Shown one piece after another: positions 9,248-19,538 of a DNA stretch of 64,000 nucleotides. The position numbers and the translations under genes are program-made. The notes under the pieces were generated by a model. That model ran no database searches. It worked only from the letters and a program-made list of their open reading frames with translations, and was not told the DNA's origin. The DNA is from an uncultured Bacilli bacterium (GTDB lineage: Bacteria; Bacillota_I; Bacilli_A; RF39; UBA660). The first letter of the stretch is position 1; the number at the start of each line of letters is the position of its first letter. The stretch is from the NCBI GenBank assembly GCA_934167695.1, contig CAKPLP010000001.1:31806-95805 (forward strand). The letters are read 5' to 3'.

Positions 9248-10804
9248 TTAATTTTTCTTCTTTTTAACAGTTACATAAATTACAGAAATACCAACTATTA
9301 AAATAAATCCACCAATTATATAAACATATCCCGGTATATTTTCTGCAGTATTTGGCACATCTGTAGTTGGAGTATTTTTCATAACTACTTTAGTTATTGT
9401 ACCATCATTTTTTACTTTAAATGCTACTGAAGCTTGATTAAGTTCATAACCATCTGGTGAAGTAATTTCTGATAATGTATAATCTCCTTCACTTAAATTA
9501 ACATAGTATGGATAATTATTAGTAATCCATCTAGCAATCTCCTTACCATTGCTATCTTTAATAGATAATTGAGCTCCTGAAACTAATTTATCATTAGTAA
9601 TATCAGTTTTTGTTATCTCAGTTAAATTAAGAGAAATAGACGTAGTAAATCCTGTTGTAGTTTTTGTTTTATCTGCAACAATAGGAGATTGAGCACCATC
9701 AACTGAAGGTGTATATTTATATACAACATCTTTAGAATATGAAACAGTCATAGCAATATCTAAACTAACAGAATCAATATTTTTTAACTTATCTAATGGT
9801 ATTCTAATTTTAAATTTATTATTAGCAGATACATTTTGTAAATTTGGATTAATATTTCCATCTGAATCAATAAATACAGCTTCTACATTATTTTTAGAAA
9901 AAGCAGCCGTATAAAATAAATTTAAATTTTTATTTGTTGAACTAACAGTAATAAAGTTACTTTCTAAATACTTACCATCATCTGTCACTGTATATTTAAT
10001 ATCAGAAGTATCAATAGAATAAGTACAAACCTCATGACTTTTATCATTATATAATTTTGCCTCATTAGCAAAATTTATAACTTGTTGTGCAACATCAGTT
10101 GCTTGAGTAACATTACCATTAGCATAATTTTCTAAATTTTGTCTTTTTGCTTCTGTTAGTTGAGTATTACCATTACTATCCTTATAACCAACCATATCTA
10201 AATAATACCATATAGCATATTGTGTTAAATACTTTTTACACGCTCTAACTCTATCTCCTACATCAACATTACCAGTACTTGAAATATTATCAATAGTACT
10301 AATAAAATAATTAGGAGCATTAGTATCACAAAACTTCATAAACGAACTATCTGTAGAATTTGGATAACCGTTATTTAAAATATAAGCAAGTCCCGGAGCA
10401 TAAGAATCGTCCATCATTTCATAATTACTATAAGTTATAGTACCCGTACCAATTCCTTTTTGACCTTCTACACAATACATATCATGTTCAACACCAGATG
10501 AGTCTGTTGCCTTAAAATCGTATGGCAAAGTTAACATTAAATTCTCATCACTTTCAGGTTCTGCTACATTTCTAATTAACCACCATCTATAAGTATTATC
10601 AAAATTAGTAAAATTAGATTTTAAAGTAGACATTTCTGGAGTAAGATTTAATGTAAAATTCTCATCTGCAAAACTGCTACCAATACTATTTGAAAACATA
10701 AACATTGTAAGCATAAAACAAATAAATGTAAATGCCAAAACTATATTAGCACTTGACTGCTTATCTAATTTCCATTTTCTCTTTTTATTACTTTCTTTTT
10801 TCAT
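9248..10804 (-). CDS. cell-wall-anchored thioester-domain (TED) adhesin, paralog 2
   Basis: Its N-terminal leader (KKRKWKLDKQSSANIVLAFTFICFMLTMFM) and C-terminal domain plus sorting signal are near-identical to paralog 1. YCVEGQ and TQYAIWYY are present. The middle of the protein has diverged. Confidence 0.65.
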   Translation of the reverse strand: MKKESNKKRKWKLDKQSSANIVLAFTFICFMLTMFMFSNSIGSSFADENFTLNLTPEMSTLKSNFTNFDNTYRWWLIRNVAEPESDENLMLTLPYDFKATDSSGVEHDMYCVEGQKGIGTGTITYSNYEMMDDSYAPGLAYILNNGYPNSTDSSFMKFCDTNAPNYFISTIDNISSTGNVDVGDRVRACKKYLTQYAIWYYLDMVGYKDSNGNTQLTEAKRQNLENYANGNVTQATDVAQQVINFANEAKLYNDKSHEVCTYSIDTSDIKYTVTDDGKYLESNFITVSSTNKNLNLFYTAAFSKNNVEAVFIDSDGNINPNLQNVSANNKFKIRIPLDKLKNIDSVSLDIAMTVSYSKDVVYKYTPSVDGAQSPIVADKTKTTTGFTTSISLNLTEITKTDITNDKLVSGAQLSIKDSNGKEIARWITNNYPYYVNLSEGDYTLSEITSPDGYELNQASVAFKVKNDGTITKVVMKNTPTTDVPNTAENIPGYVYIIGGFILIVGISVIYVTVKKKKN

Positions 10805-10866
10805 AAAAAACACCTTACCTTACAAATAATAATATAACACATATTTTTTGTTAAATAACCCAAAAG

Positions 10867-12090
10867 TTAATTAATTTCAAAAACATCGTCAGAAAGTGTA
10901 AAGTCATTTTTATCATTTACATATAATGTCATCAAAAGATCTCCTTCCTTGACACTTTCACCTACTATTTTATTAAGTATAATTCCTACACTATGATCAA
11001 TTACATCTTCCTTTTCTCTTCTACCAGCACCTAATTCTAAACTAATTTTACCAATTTCCAAAGCATTAATTCCTTTTATAATGCCTGCCTTCTTGCTATA
11101 AATCTTTTCAGTTTTAGAACTAATCTTCATTTTATTTATATCGCCACCCTGATTATGAACTATTTCAATAAATTTATTATAAGCTAATCCATTTGACAAA
11201 ACATTTCTAACAAGAACAGCCGCCTCATCAATAGAAATTTCTTTGGCCATACTAACCATATTACTAGCAAGTTCTACACATAAATCATAAAAAGCACCAT
11301 CCGTATTACCTTTAAGAGTATCAATCGCTTCCATAACCTCTAAACTATTTCCAATACAGCTACCTAATGGATTATCCATATTTGAAATAACATATCTAAC
11401 TTCCTTTTTATATTTAATTCCTATTTTTTTCATTAATTCAGCCAAAACAAGAGCATCATCATAGTTAGAAACAAGAGCACCATTACCATACTTAACATCC
11501 AAAAGAATTTTATCTGCTCCACCAGCTATTTTCTTACTCATAATACTAACTGCAATTAATGGAATTGAAGAAACTGTTGCAGTAACATCTCTCAAAGCAT
11601 AAATAACTTTATCAAGAGGAACCAAATTAGCAGTTTGTCCGGTTATTACAGCACCAACACTTTTTAAAGATACATCAACCTCATCATTAGATAAATCAGT
11701 TCTAAAGCCTTCAATAGACTCTAATTTATCAATAGTACCACCAGTATATCCTAAACCTCTACCACTCATTTTTACAACAGGAATTCCTAAACTAGCAACA
11801 ACTGGTACAATTACCAAAGTAGTTTTATCACCAATTCCACCAGTTGAATGTTTATCAACTTTAATTCCGGGAATATTATCAAAATTTAAAACCTCTCCAC
11901 TATTTATAAAAATATCTGTAAGATTAAAAATTTCATCTTCACTCATTCCATTAATACAAATAGCCATTAATAAACTACTCATCTGATAATCCTTTACAGT
12001 TCCATTCAAATATCCCATAAAGATTTTTTTAAGTTCATCATAACTTAAATCTTTCCCTAATCTTTTTTTATCAATAATATCTTTTATCAT
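10867..12090 (-). CDS. pdp: pyrimidine-nucleoside (thymidine) phosphorylase
   Basis: KHSTGGIGDKTTL and overall collinearity match Pdp/DeoA. Confidence 0.85.
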   Translation of the reverse strand: MIKDIIDKKRLGKDLSYDELKKIFMGYLNGTVKDYQMSSLLMAICINGMSEDEIFNLTDIFINSGEVLNFDNIPGIKVDKHSTGGIGDKTTLVIVPVVASLGIPVVKMSGRGLGYTGGTIDKLESIEGFRTDLSNDEVDVSLKSVGAVITGQTANLVPLDKVIYALRDVTATVSSIPLIAVSIMSKKIAGGADKILLDVKYGNGALVSNYDDALVLAELMKKIGIKYKKEVRYVISNMDNPLGSCIGNSLEVMEAIDTLKGNTDGAFYDLCVELASNMVSMAKEISIDEAAVLVRNVLSNGLAYNKFIEIVHNQGGDINKMKISSKTEKIYSKKAGIIKGINALEIGKISLELGAGRREKEDVIDHSVGIILNKIVGESVKEGDLLMTLYVNDKNDFTLSDDVFEIN

Positions 12091-12158
12091 TATCATCCCT
12101 CTATTCTATTAATAGAATATCAAATTATTAAAAAAAAAACTATAAATTAATATAGTTT

Positions 12159-12518
12159 TTAAAAAAGTTTTTTATTAATAAGTTCTGCACATCTTTTTGG
12201 ATCTTCAATGACTTTGTCATGAAATTTATCATAGCGCCTAACTTCTTTTATAAATTCAATTTCTTCATTTGCCATATACATACCATATTCTCTAGCATTA
12301 CTATCTTCTGCAATTTCATAACTATCATTTCCCATTAAATAATCATAACTAACATTAAACACTCTTGCTAAATCATGTAAATTACTAACAGTAGGAACTC
12401 TCTTACTATTTTCATAATAACTAATAGTAGATTTAGTAACATTAATTTTACTTGCAAGTTCTTCCTGAGTTAAATTGTTTTCTTCACGTAATGTTTTAAT
12501 CCTAACTCCTAGTAACAT
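12159..12518 (-). CDS. XRE-family HTH transcriptional regulator
   Basis: An N-terminal HTH, LTQEELASKINVTKSTISYYENSKRVP. Confidence 0.7.
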   Translation of the reverse strand: MLLGVRIKTLREENNLTQEELASKINVTKSTISYYENSKRVPTVSNLHDLARVFNVSYDYLMGNDSYEIAEDSNAREYGMYMANEEIEFIKEVRRYDKFHDKVIEDPKRCAELINKKLF

Positions 12519-12596
12519 AATAACACCTCATTAATACAAAAATAATTATAAAAATTAGTTATTAATTTTTGTTAAAAGTTAACTAATAGTGAACAA

Positions 12597-12941
12597 TTAA
12601 TTATTACTTTTTTCATCTTCCTTCTTACTAGAAAGAAAAGTAACCTTCTCTGCAATTAATTGAATTTCAGTTTTATTATTCTGATCATTATCTGTTACTA
12701 TTCTGGACTGAATTCTACCTTTTATACCAACAATATCACCTTTCTTACAATAAGTAGAAGTATTAGTAGCCACATTATCCCAAAGTAAACAATCAATAAA
12801 ATCAGTATCATATAACCCATCTTTATTTTTAAAACTTCTAGGAACAGCTAAAGTTATAGTAGCAACCTTTTTACCAGCATCCGTTTTATTTACTTTTATA
12901 TCATAAACAAGTCTACCAACTAATACTATTTGATTAAGCAT
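12597..12941 (-). CDS. ssb: single-stranded DNA-binding protein (short form lacking the acidic C-terminal tail)
   Basis: An OB-fold opening MLNQIVLVGRLVYDIKV...; 114 aa with no DDDIPF-type tail. Confidence 0.7.
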   Translation of the reverse strand: MLNQIVLVGRLVYDIKVNKTDAGKKVATITLAVPRSFKNKDGLYDTDFIDCLLWDNVATNTSTYCKKGDIVGIKGRIQSRIVTDNDQNNKTEIQLIAEKVTFLSSKKEDEKSNN

Positions 12942-13030
12942 ATCTTTCCTCCTTTCAGCTAAATATACTACATTATTTTTTTAAACAGTCAAAAAGCACT
13001 ATTATCTGGTTTAGTAAACTTATAAACATA

Positions 13031-13065
13031 AAAAAAACAAATTGTACTATACAATTTGTTTTTAT
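13031..13065. terminator. bidirectional intrinsic terminator
   Basis: ACAAATTGTActaTACAATTTGT is flanked by an A-run and a T-run. Confidence 0.5.
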
Positions 13066-13086
13066 TAAATAGCTATATAAATAAAT

Positions 13087-14400
13087 TTACAAATTTCTTT
13101 TAATTAACTGATTCAATTCCACTGCATATTCCATTGGTAATTCCTGTCTAAATTGATCCAAGAATCCTAAAATAATTAACTCAGTTGCTTTCTCTCTCGT
13201 AATTCCTCTACTCATCATATAAAACAAATTATCCTCATTAATTTTAGAAACAGTAGCTTCATGTTCTATATTACTAGATTCATTATAATTCATATTAACA
13301 GGAATAGTATCACTCTTTGAAATAGAATCTAAAATTAAAGTATCACACTTAACCATAGCTTCACTATTATTAGCAGATGGAGAAATATAAACTTTACCAC
13401 GATACGTTGCATTACCACCATTTTGACTAATACTCTTTGAAATAATATTACTCTTAGTATTATTACCTAAATGAATCATTCTAGCACCACTATCTTGTTC
13501 CTGATTACTACTAGCCACACTTATAGTAATACAAGTACCTTGAGAATTATCACCCTTTAAAACACAACATGGATACTTCATTGTTTTATAAGAACCAATA
13601 TTTCCATCAATCCACTCCATTGTACCGTTTTCATCTACAAGTGCCCTTTTTGTAACTAAATTATATACATTAGTAGCCCAATTCTGAATAGTAGAATACC
13701 TACATTTACTATTCTTACCAACATATATTTCTACAACCGCAGCATGTAAACTAGATTCACTATAACTAGGAGCAGTACAACCCTCTACATAATGTAAACT
13801 ACTATTATCATCAACAATAATCAAAGTTCTTTCAAACTGTCCCATATTACGACTATTAATTCTAAAATAACTCTGTAAAGGTCTATCTAAAGTAGTATTA
13901 GGTGGTATATATATAAAACTACCTCCACTAAATACCGCAGAATTTAAAGCAGCAAATTTATTTTCATTATTAGAGACAATCTTTCCAAAATACTTTTTAA
14001 CAATATCAGGATATTTTTTCATAGCATCTTCTATAGATGTAAAAATAACCTTTTTCTCTTCTAATTCTTTAATCATATTATGATATATTACTTCACTTTC
14101 ATATTGAACACCCATACCATCTAAATGATTTTCACTTTCAAGAACACCTAAACTATCAAGTTCATCTCTAACAGGTTTTAAAACTTCATTCCAATCACTT
14201 TTAATTTTTTCATCTACTTCATTATTTTTATAATATATTACCTTTTCAAAATCAAGTTTAATTTCAGGACCAAAACTTGGCATTTCAAGATTCTTAAAGT
14301 TTTCATAACTTTTTAATCGAAAATTTTTAATCCAGTCACTTTCTTTTTTTACTGTAGATATTTCTGATATTTTTTCTTCACTTAATCCAATAATTTCCAT
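13087..14400 (-). CDS. sufB: Fe-S cluster assembly protein SufB
   Basis: 437 aa with the C-terminal SufB/SufD beta-helix (GARMIHLGNNTKSNIISKSIS). It sits in the sufCDSUB order. Confidence 0.85.
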   Translation of the reverse strand: MEIIGLSEEKISEISTVKKESDWIKNFRLKSYENFKNLEMPSFGPEIKLDFEKVIYYKNNEVDEKIKSDWNEVLKPVRDELDSLGVLESENHLDGMGVQYESEVIYHNMIKELEEKKVIFTSIEDAMKKYPDIVKKYFGKIVSNNENKFAALNSAVFSGGSFIYIPPNTTLDRPLQSYFRINSRNMGQFERTLIIVDDNSSLHYVEGCTAPSYSESSLHAAVVEIYVGKNSKCRYSTIQNWATNVYNLVTKRALVDENGTMEWIDGNIGSYKTMKYPCCVLKGDNSQGTCITISVASSNQEQDSGARMIHLGNNTKSNIISKSISQNGGNATYRGKVYISPSANNSEAMVKCDTLILDSISKSDTIPVNMNYNESSNIEHEATVSKINEDNLFYMMSRGITREKATELIILGFLDQFRQELPMEYAVELNQLIKRNL

Positions 14401-14840
14401 TATCTTTCATCCAATCTATTTAACATTTTACAAACAGCATTATAAGGAAGTAGAGCACACTTAATGCGATTAGGTTGCATATAAATTTCATCATACACAT
14501 TAAGTTCTCCAAGTAATTCACTATCATAAGGCTTTTCTTCAATCATATTTTTATAATTTTGTAAAATTTCTCTAGCCTTATTAACTCTTTGTCCAATCAA
14601 ATTTCTAATAATTATAGAAGTAGCACTAGTAGAAATAGCACAAGCCTCACCATCAAAGCGAATATCTTCTATTACATCATCAACAACTTTCATTTGCATA
14701 TCGATATTGTCAATACATGATTCATTATTAGTATTCTCCTTTATATAATCACTAGATTCCACAAGTCCTTTATTCATTGGATTTTGATAATTATCTAATA
14801 TAATTTCTCTTCTCATTTCTTTATCTTTTACTATATCCAT
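14400..14840 (-). CDS. sufU: SufU/IscU-like sulfur-transfer scaffold
   Basis: 146-aa NifU-like N-domain with conserved Cys residues (GEACAISTSATS). Confidence 0.8.
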   Translation of the reverse strand: MDIVKDKEMRREIILDNYQNPMNKGLVESSDYIKENTNNESCIDNIDMQMKVVDDVIEDIRFDGEACAISTSATSIIIRNLIGQRVNKAREILQNYKNMIEEKPYDSELLGELNVYDEIYMQPNRIKCALLPYNAVCKMLNRLDER

Positions 14841-14855
14841 ACAATATCCACTCCT

Positions 14856-16061
14856 TTATAAAACTATTTTGAAAATATCTTTACTATTCTTTAAAGCATC
14901 TATAAGTTTATCAACATCATCTTTTGTATTATAAACATACATACTTACTCTACAAGTATTTTTAATTTTTAAGTCATCTTTAAGCATTTTAGTACAATGA
15001 TTACCCGCTCTTATATATATATTATAATGATTTAAGTAAATTGAAGTATCTTGACTAAATACATGATCAAGATTAAAAATAACTATACCACTTTCACTAG
15101 ATTTATTATAAAGTATAACATTATCTATCTTTTCCATTTCACTTACTAAATATTTCTTTAAAGTTAATTCATGTTCATGTATCTTATCAACACCTATTTT
15201 TTTAATATATTTAATTGCCTCACCCATTCCAATAACTTCTGCAATAGGTGGAGTACCAGCTTCAAATTTCAATGGAGGTAATTTTAATTCATAATCCCCA
15301 TTTTCTTCAAAATATTGGTTCATTCCTCCACCATACTCAAGTGGTTCCATTTTTAGAAGCAAGTCATATTTACCATATAAAACTCCAACCCCAGTAGGCC
15401 CCATCATTTTATGAGCAGAAAAAGCCATAAAGTCTATATTACTGTCTACAACATTTATATCTATATGACTGACAGCTTGACTTGCATCTACAACAAAATA
15501 AATATCTTTATCATGACAAATTTGACCTATTGTTTTAACATCACGAATATCACCTACAACATTACTAATATGACTAATAGAAATTACTTTAGTCTTAGAA
15601 GTAATAGACTTTTTAACATTATCTACAGTAAGTTCATAATTTTCATCTAAAGGAATACATTTAACCTTAATTCCTATCTTTTCTTGTAAAACAAGCCAAG
15701 GTAAAACATCACTAGCATGTTCAGCCTTATCAATTAAAACCTCATCATCTTCACTCAAAATATTTTTAAAATATCCAAAAGCAATCATATTAAGAGCTTC
15801 AGTACTACCTTTAGTAAAAACTATTTCATTCTCCTTTTCTGCTTTTATAAAATCTCTAACAATTTCACGAACTCCATCATATTCTTTATTAGTTCTAATA
15901 GCTGCTTGATAATCACCCCTGTGAATATTAGAAGTATAATTACTATAATAATCAACCATCTTATCAACAACACACTTAGGCTTTAATGTAGTTGCACCAT
16001 TATCAAAATAAACAATATCTTGTTGCAACATAGGAAAATCTTCTCTATTCATAAGTTTCAC
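14856..16061 (-). CDS. sufS: cysteine desulfurase SufS
   Basis: Class V aminotransferase with the PLP lysine region SAHKMMGPTGVGVLYGK. Confidence 0.85.
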   Translation of the reverse strand: MKLMNREDFPMLQQDIVYFDNGATTLKPKCVVDKMVDYYSNYTSNIHRGDYQAAIRTNKEYDGVREIVRDFIKAEKENEIVFTKGSTEALNMIAFGYFKNILSEDDEVLIDKAEHASDVLPWLVLQEKIGIKVKCIPLDENYELTVDNVKKSITSKTKVISISHISNVVGDIRDVKTIGQICHDKDIYFVVDASQAVSHIDINVVDSNIDFMAFSAHKMMGPTGVGVLYGKYDLLLKMEPLEYGGGMNQYFEENGDYELKLPPLKFEAGTPPIAEVIGMGEAIKYIKKIGVDKIHEHELTLKKYLVSEMEKIDNVILYNKSSESGIVIFNLDHVFSQDTSIYLNHYNIYIRAGNHCTKMLKDDLKIKNTCRVSMYVYNTKDDVDKLIDALKNSKDIFKIVL

Positions 16062-16065
16062 CTCC

Positions 16066-16668
16066 TTATATTTTTTCTATTTCATCTAAATAATCTTTAA
16101 CCCTATCCTCTAAAACATAATTAGGAATCAAAAATCCTTTCATTAATAAATGGTATGCATTATTTTTATTAAGTCCTCTACTTTCTAAGTAAAACAATTT
16201 GTCCTTACTAAATTTACCAATATATGCAGAATGACTAGATTCAACATCAAAACAATCTATTAACAAATTAGGACATATAGTACTTTTACCATTACTAATA
16301 TTAATAATTTGATTTTCTTGATTACAAACAGCACCATTCATGTCTTTTAAAATTATTCCATTCACTAAAAAATCAAGCTTATTATCTAAAACATTAACAC
16401 CATGATTATATATATTACTTACTGTATTTTTTTTATTATGTTTAATATTAACTGAAACAACATGATTATGGTAATTAATATTACTATAATAATAATTAAC
16501 AGATGCGCCCTCACAATTTAAATTAACCGAAATATTAGAGTCATCATCTATAACAAATTGATAGATATCTACCATACAATTACCATTTATATCTATATTA
16601 ACTTCTTGATCCCCACGATCTATATATAAAATTGTGTCTTTCTCTATTATTTTATTCATTACAATCAT
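16066..16668 (-). CDS. sufD: SufD-like protein, unusually short (200 aa)
   Basis: It sits at the position of sufD between sufC and sufS and has C-terminal beta-helix-like repeats. It is about half the usual SufD length. Confidence 0.55.
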   Translation of the reverse strand: MIVMNKIIEKDTILYIDRGDQEVNIDINGNCMVDIYQFVIDDDSNISVNLNCEGASVNYYYSNINYHNHVVSVNIKHNKKNTVSNIYNHGVNVLDNKLDFLVNGIILKDMNGAVCNQENQIINISNGKSTICPNLLIDCFDVESSHSAYIGKFSKDKLFYLESRGLNKNNAYHLLMKGFLIPNYVLEDRVKDYLDEIEKI

Positions 16669-17416
16669 TCTTTCCTAATACATTTATCCCATTATAACCA
16701 TTTTTTTCAATATCTTTAGCTAAAGAAAAATCACCTGTTTTAACAATCTTTCCTTCTCTTAAAATATGTACGTAATTAGGTTTAATATACTCTAAAATTC
16801 TAGGATAATGAGTAATAATTAATACAGATGTATCTTTATTTTCTTCTAAATATTCATTTATGTTGGTACAAACAACATTTAAACTATCAACATCCAAACC
16901 ACTATCCAATTCATCTAAAATAATAAATTTAGGTTTTAACATTTTTAATTGAAGAACTTCATTTTTTTTCTTTTCGCCACCACTAAAACCTTCATTAATA
17001 GAGCGACTTAACATATCAGACTTCAATTCTAACGCTTTTATATTAGATTCCATTTCTTTTACAAATTGATATAAATTAACTTTTTCGCCACTTGCCTCTT
17101 GCATAGCTTCTTTTAAAAACTCACTATTACTAACACCACTAATTACAGTAGGATCCTGCATAGCCAAAAATATTCCCATTTTTGCACGTTCACAAGTATC
17201 TATATTAGTAATATCTTTATTATTAAAAATAACATTTCCTTCAGTAACTTCATAATTATAATGACCCATAATAATTTTAGACAATGTACTCTTACCAGTA
17301 CCATTGGGTCCCATAATAACATGAATTTCTCCATCATTTATTTTTAAATTAAAATCGGAAAGTATTTTTTTATCTATATCTTTTACTTTACAACTTAAAT
17401 TTTTAATCTCTAACAT
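16652..17416 (-). CDS. sufC: Fe-S assembly ATPase SufC
   Basis: ABC ATPase with Walker A GPNGTGKST, a signature LSGGEKK-like motif and Walker B ILDE. Confidence 0.85.
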   Translation of the reverse strand: MLEIKNLSCKVKDIDKKILSDFNLKINDGEIHVIMGPNGTGKSTLSKIIMGHYNYEVTEGNVIFNNKDITNIDTCERAKMGIFLAMQDPTVISGVSNSEFLKEAMQEASGEKVNLYQFVKEMESNIKALELKSDMLSRSINEGFSGGEKKKNEVLQLKMLKPKFIILDELDSGLDVDSLNVVCTNINEYLEENKDTSVLIITHYPRILEYIKPNYVHILREGKIVKTGDFSLAKDIEKNGYNGINVLGKNDCNE

Positions 17417-17522
17417 ATAAATCACCTCTTTTTTATAATAATCTTTTTTTGTTAAAAAAATTGTAGCATTAAGAAAAGCAATTATATTTTATCACTATTA
17501 AGCCAAAAGTCAAAATCTTATT

Positions 17523-17548
17523 AATAAAAAAAGAAGACTCTCGTCTTC
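17523..17548 (-). terminator. intrinsic terminator downstream of the 17553..19016 gene
   Basis: On the minus strand, GAAGACgagaGTCTTC is followed by TTTTTTT. Confidence 0.55.
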
Positions 17549-17552
17549 TCTC

Positions 17553-19016
17553 TTAAGCTACTTTTCTTTTTACTGTATATGAACTATCAACATCACCATA
17601 GCTACCTAATAATTCACTAACAGATGAAATAATACCATTTAATTTAGCATTTTCTTTACTTGCTTTAGCTTTTAACTTTTCATTTTCTTCTAAATACTCT
17701 TTATTAGTTGCCTCTAATCTTTCAGTCTTATCTTGAAGTCCATTTACTCTATTTTTTAGCATTCTATTTTCATCACCAAATTGACGATTTTGATTTATCA
17801 ATATATTAACTTTCTTTGTCTTTGACTCAAGTTCCATATTAACCTTATCAAGCTTTTGATTTAGCTCTTCAACCTTTTCCTCATAATTTGTAATTTTTTC
17901 TTGAGAAGCTTTTCTATCATTAACTAGTTTTGAAATCATACTACTTAATTGTTCAAATTTATCATTTTCACCATCATAAGAGTCATCAATCATACTAGAA
18001 ACTTCAGTGTTATCAGATGAACTAATTCCAAAGAAATCATCAAATACTTGATTATTATTTTCCTCTTCAACTGATTCTTCTTTACTTTCTACAACATTTT
18101 CACTATCAGCAAAGAAATCAGTTTTTTCATCTTTATTTTCTACTTCTTCTACATTTGTACTATTTTCTTCAGGATCAGGTAAAATAACATTATCCACATT
18201 TACTTCAGATAATTCACTAACATATTCATTACTATCACTTTTCTCTTCAGAAATTACCGGATTGTCCATCTTTTTAGGAGCAAACTTATCAAACATAGAA
18301 ACAGAATCATCAATTTTTCCAAATGTAAATACAGGCATACCAGATTTTTCTATATTTTGAACAAGAACTTTCTCTTCCCCTATTTGTTCTAACTTAGTAG
18401 TATCTGTAACAATATTACTATGAGTATAAACATTTACACCATCTGTTGCAATAAAACTACATTTATCGCCTATATTTTTAACTTCATAATGATCATTAAC
18501 TTTTTCTATTTTATAAATAGCAGCCTCATTATAAGCATCCTCATATATAAATTTTAAATCATCTACAGATACAGGATTAACATCTTTTGCAGTATTAATC
18601 ATTTGATCTTTTATACTTCTACTATCAACAGCAATTTCTTGAACTTTTAAAGCATCTGTTTTCAAACTTTGATTATTTTTAACACTAATCATATTACTAA
18701 CAGCTTTAACACCTACAAATAAATTGTTATCCATCTGTTTAATTTCACTAAACTCAGGAGGCATTAATATTTCACCTTTGTTAGTAATAAGTTGTAAGTT
18801 AGCTGACTCACCTGCACGTAAAGCTCTATGAAGAGTAACTAAAACATTATCACTAACTACAAAAAGATCCCCATCATTAAAATCCCTTTCAACATACAAA
18901 TCTTTTTGAATATTAATACCATCTGCTTTAATTATTCTAAGTTCTACAGCAGCATACTTATCTTGTTCAACCCTTGCTTTAATAATTTTTAATCCACTAT
19001 TTTGACCATCCATCAT
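17553..19016 (-). CDS. hypothetical protein with a globular N-domain, an acidic linker and a C-terminal coiled coil
   Basis: 487 aa counted from the ATG at 19016, which has an AGGTGGTGA RBS; the track's 19028 start is a GTG. The C-terminal ~120 aa are heptad-rich (EEKVEELNQKLDKVNMELESK...). Confidence 0.5.
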   Translation of the reverse strand: MMDGQNSGLKIIKARVEQDKYAAVELRIIKADGINIQKDLYVERDFNDGDLFVVSDNVLVTLHRALRAGESANLQLITNKGEILMPPEFSEIKQMDNNLFVGVKAVSNMISVKNNQSLKTDALKVQEIAVDSRSIKDQMINTAKDVNPVSVDDLKFIYEDAYNEAAIYKIEKVNDHYEVKNIGDKCSFIATDGVNVYTHSNIVTDTTKLEQIGEEKVLVQNIEKSGMPVFTFGKIDDSVSMFDKFAPKKMDNPVISEEKSDSNEYVSELSEVNVDNVILPDPEENSTNVEEVENKDEKTDFFADSENVVESKEESVEEENNNQVFDDFFGISSSDNTEVSSMIDDSYDGENDKFEQLSSMISKLVNDRKASQEKITNYEEKVEELNQKLDKVNMELESKTKKVNILINQNRQFGDENRMLKNRVNGLQDKTERLEATNKEYLEENEKLKAKASKENAKLNGIISSVSELLGSYGDVDSSYTVKRKVA

Positions 19017-19220
19017 CTTAGTCACCACCTATTATCACCATAATAACATAAAAAAAAATTCTAGTAAATGCCTTTTTTAAAATTTTTATTTTTTTCAATT
19101 TTTAGACAAAAAAAGAAGAAGACAATCACCTCTTCTTCAAAAAAATTAATTTTTTCTCTACTATAATCATAAGTTAGCTAATCTTATAAAAAAGTAGGCG
19201 TTTAATGTCATAAATAACTT

Positions 19221-19333
19221 GAGTCCATCTCTCATATTCAATATTCTTACTCTCTCATCTATACTCATATATCGCATACTCTTTTATGCATGAGTCGGTG
19301 CGCACCAATGGGTTAGATTGATATCCCCTATAA
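19221..19333. ncRNA. candidate structured RNA / conserved core of repeat copy 1 (strand and identity unknown)
   Basis: 113 nt that differ from the copy-2 core (19686..19798) at 1 position, while the flanks are ~88% identical. It is locally GC-rich and contains the palindrome GGTGCGCACC and complementary segments ACTCATGCATA / TATGCGATATATGAGT. Candidate ORFs through it are not conserved between the copies. Confidence 0.3.
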
Positions 19334-19510
19334 TTAATGTTAAATTTAATATAATTAATCAAACTTATACAATAAGAATATTTACTATTTTTAATACAAT
19401 AATAATTCTTACTAATCTTCGGAACAATTACTATATAAAGCAATAATACATCACTTATCAAAAAATGATAATTAGTCAACTAAGACCGATATTATTATTA
19501 TCACTTATCT

Positions 19511-19538
19511 TTGACATCTTAATCATACTATATATAAT
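19511..19538 (+). promoter_or_regulatory. consensus sigma-A-type promoter inside repeat copy 1 (TTGACA-16-TATAAT)
   Basis: TTGACA is at 19511-19516, a 16-nt spacer follows, and TATAAT is at 19533-19538. Confidence 0.45.

Noticed and set aside
19255-19479. 74-aa minus-strand ORF inside repeat copy 1
   Set aside because: It is low-complexity, and the equivalent frame in copy 2 is interrupted although the nucleotide sequence is conserved. The conservation is at the RNA or DNA level, not the protein level.
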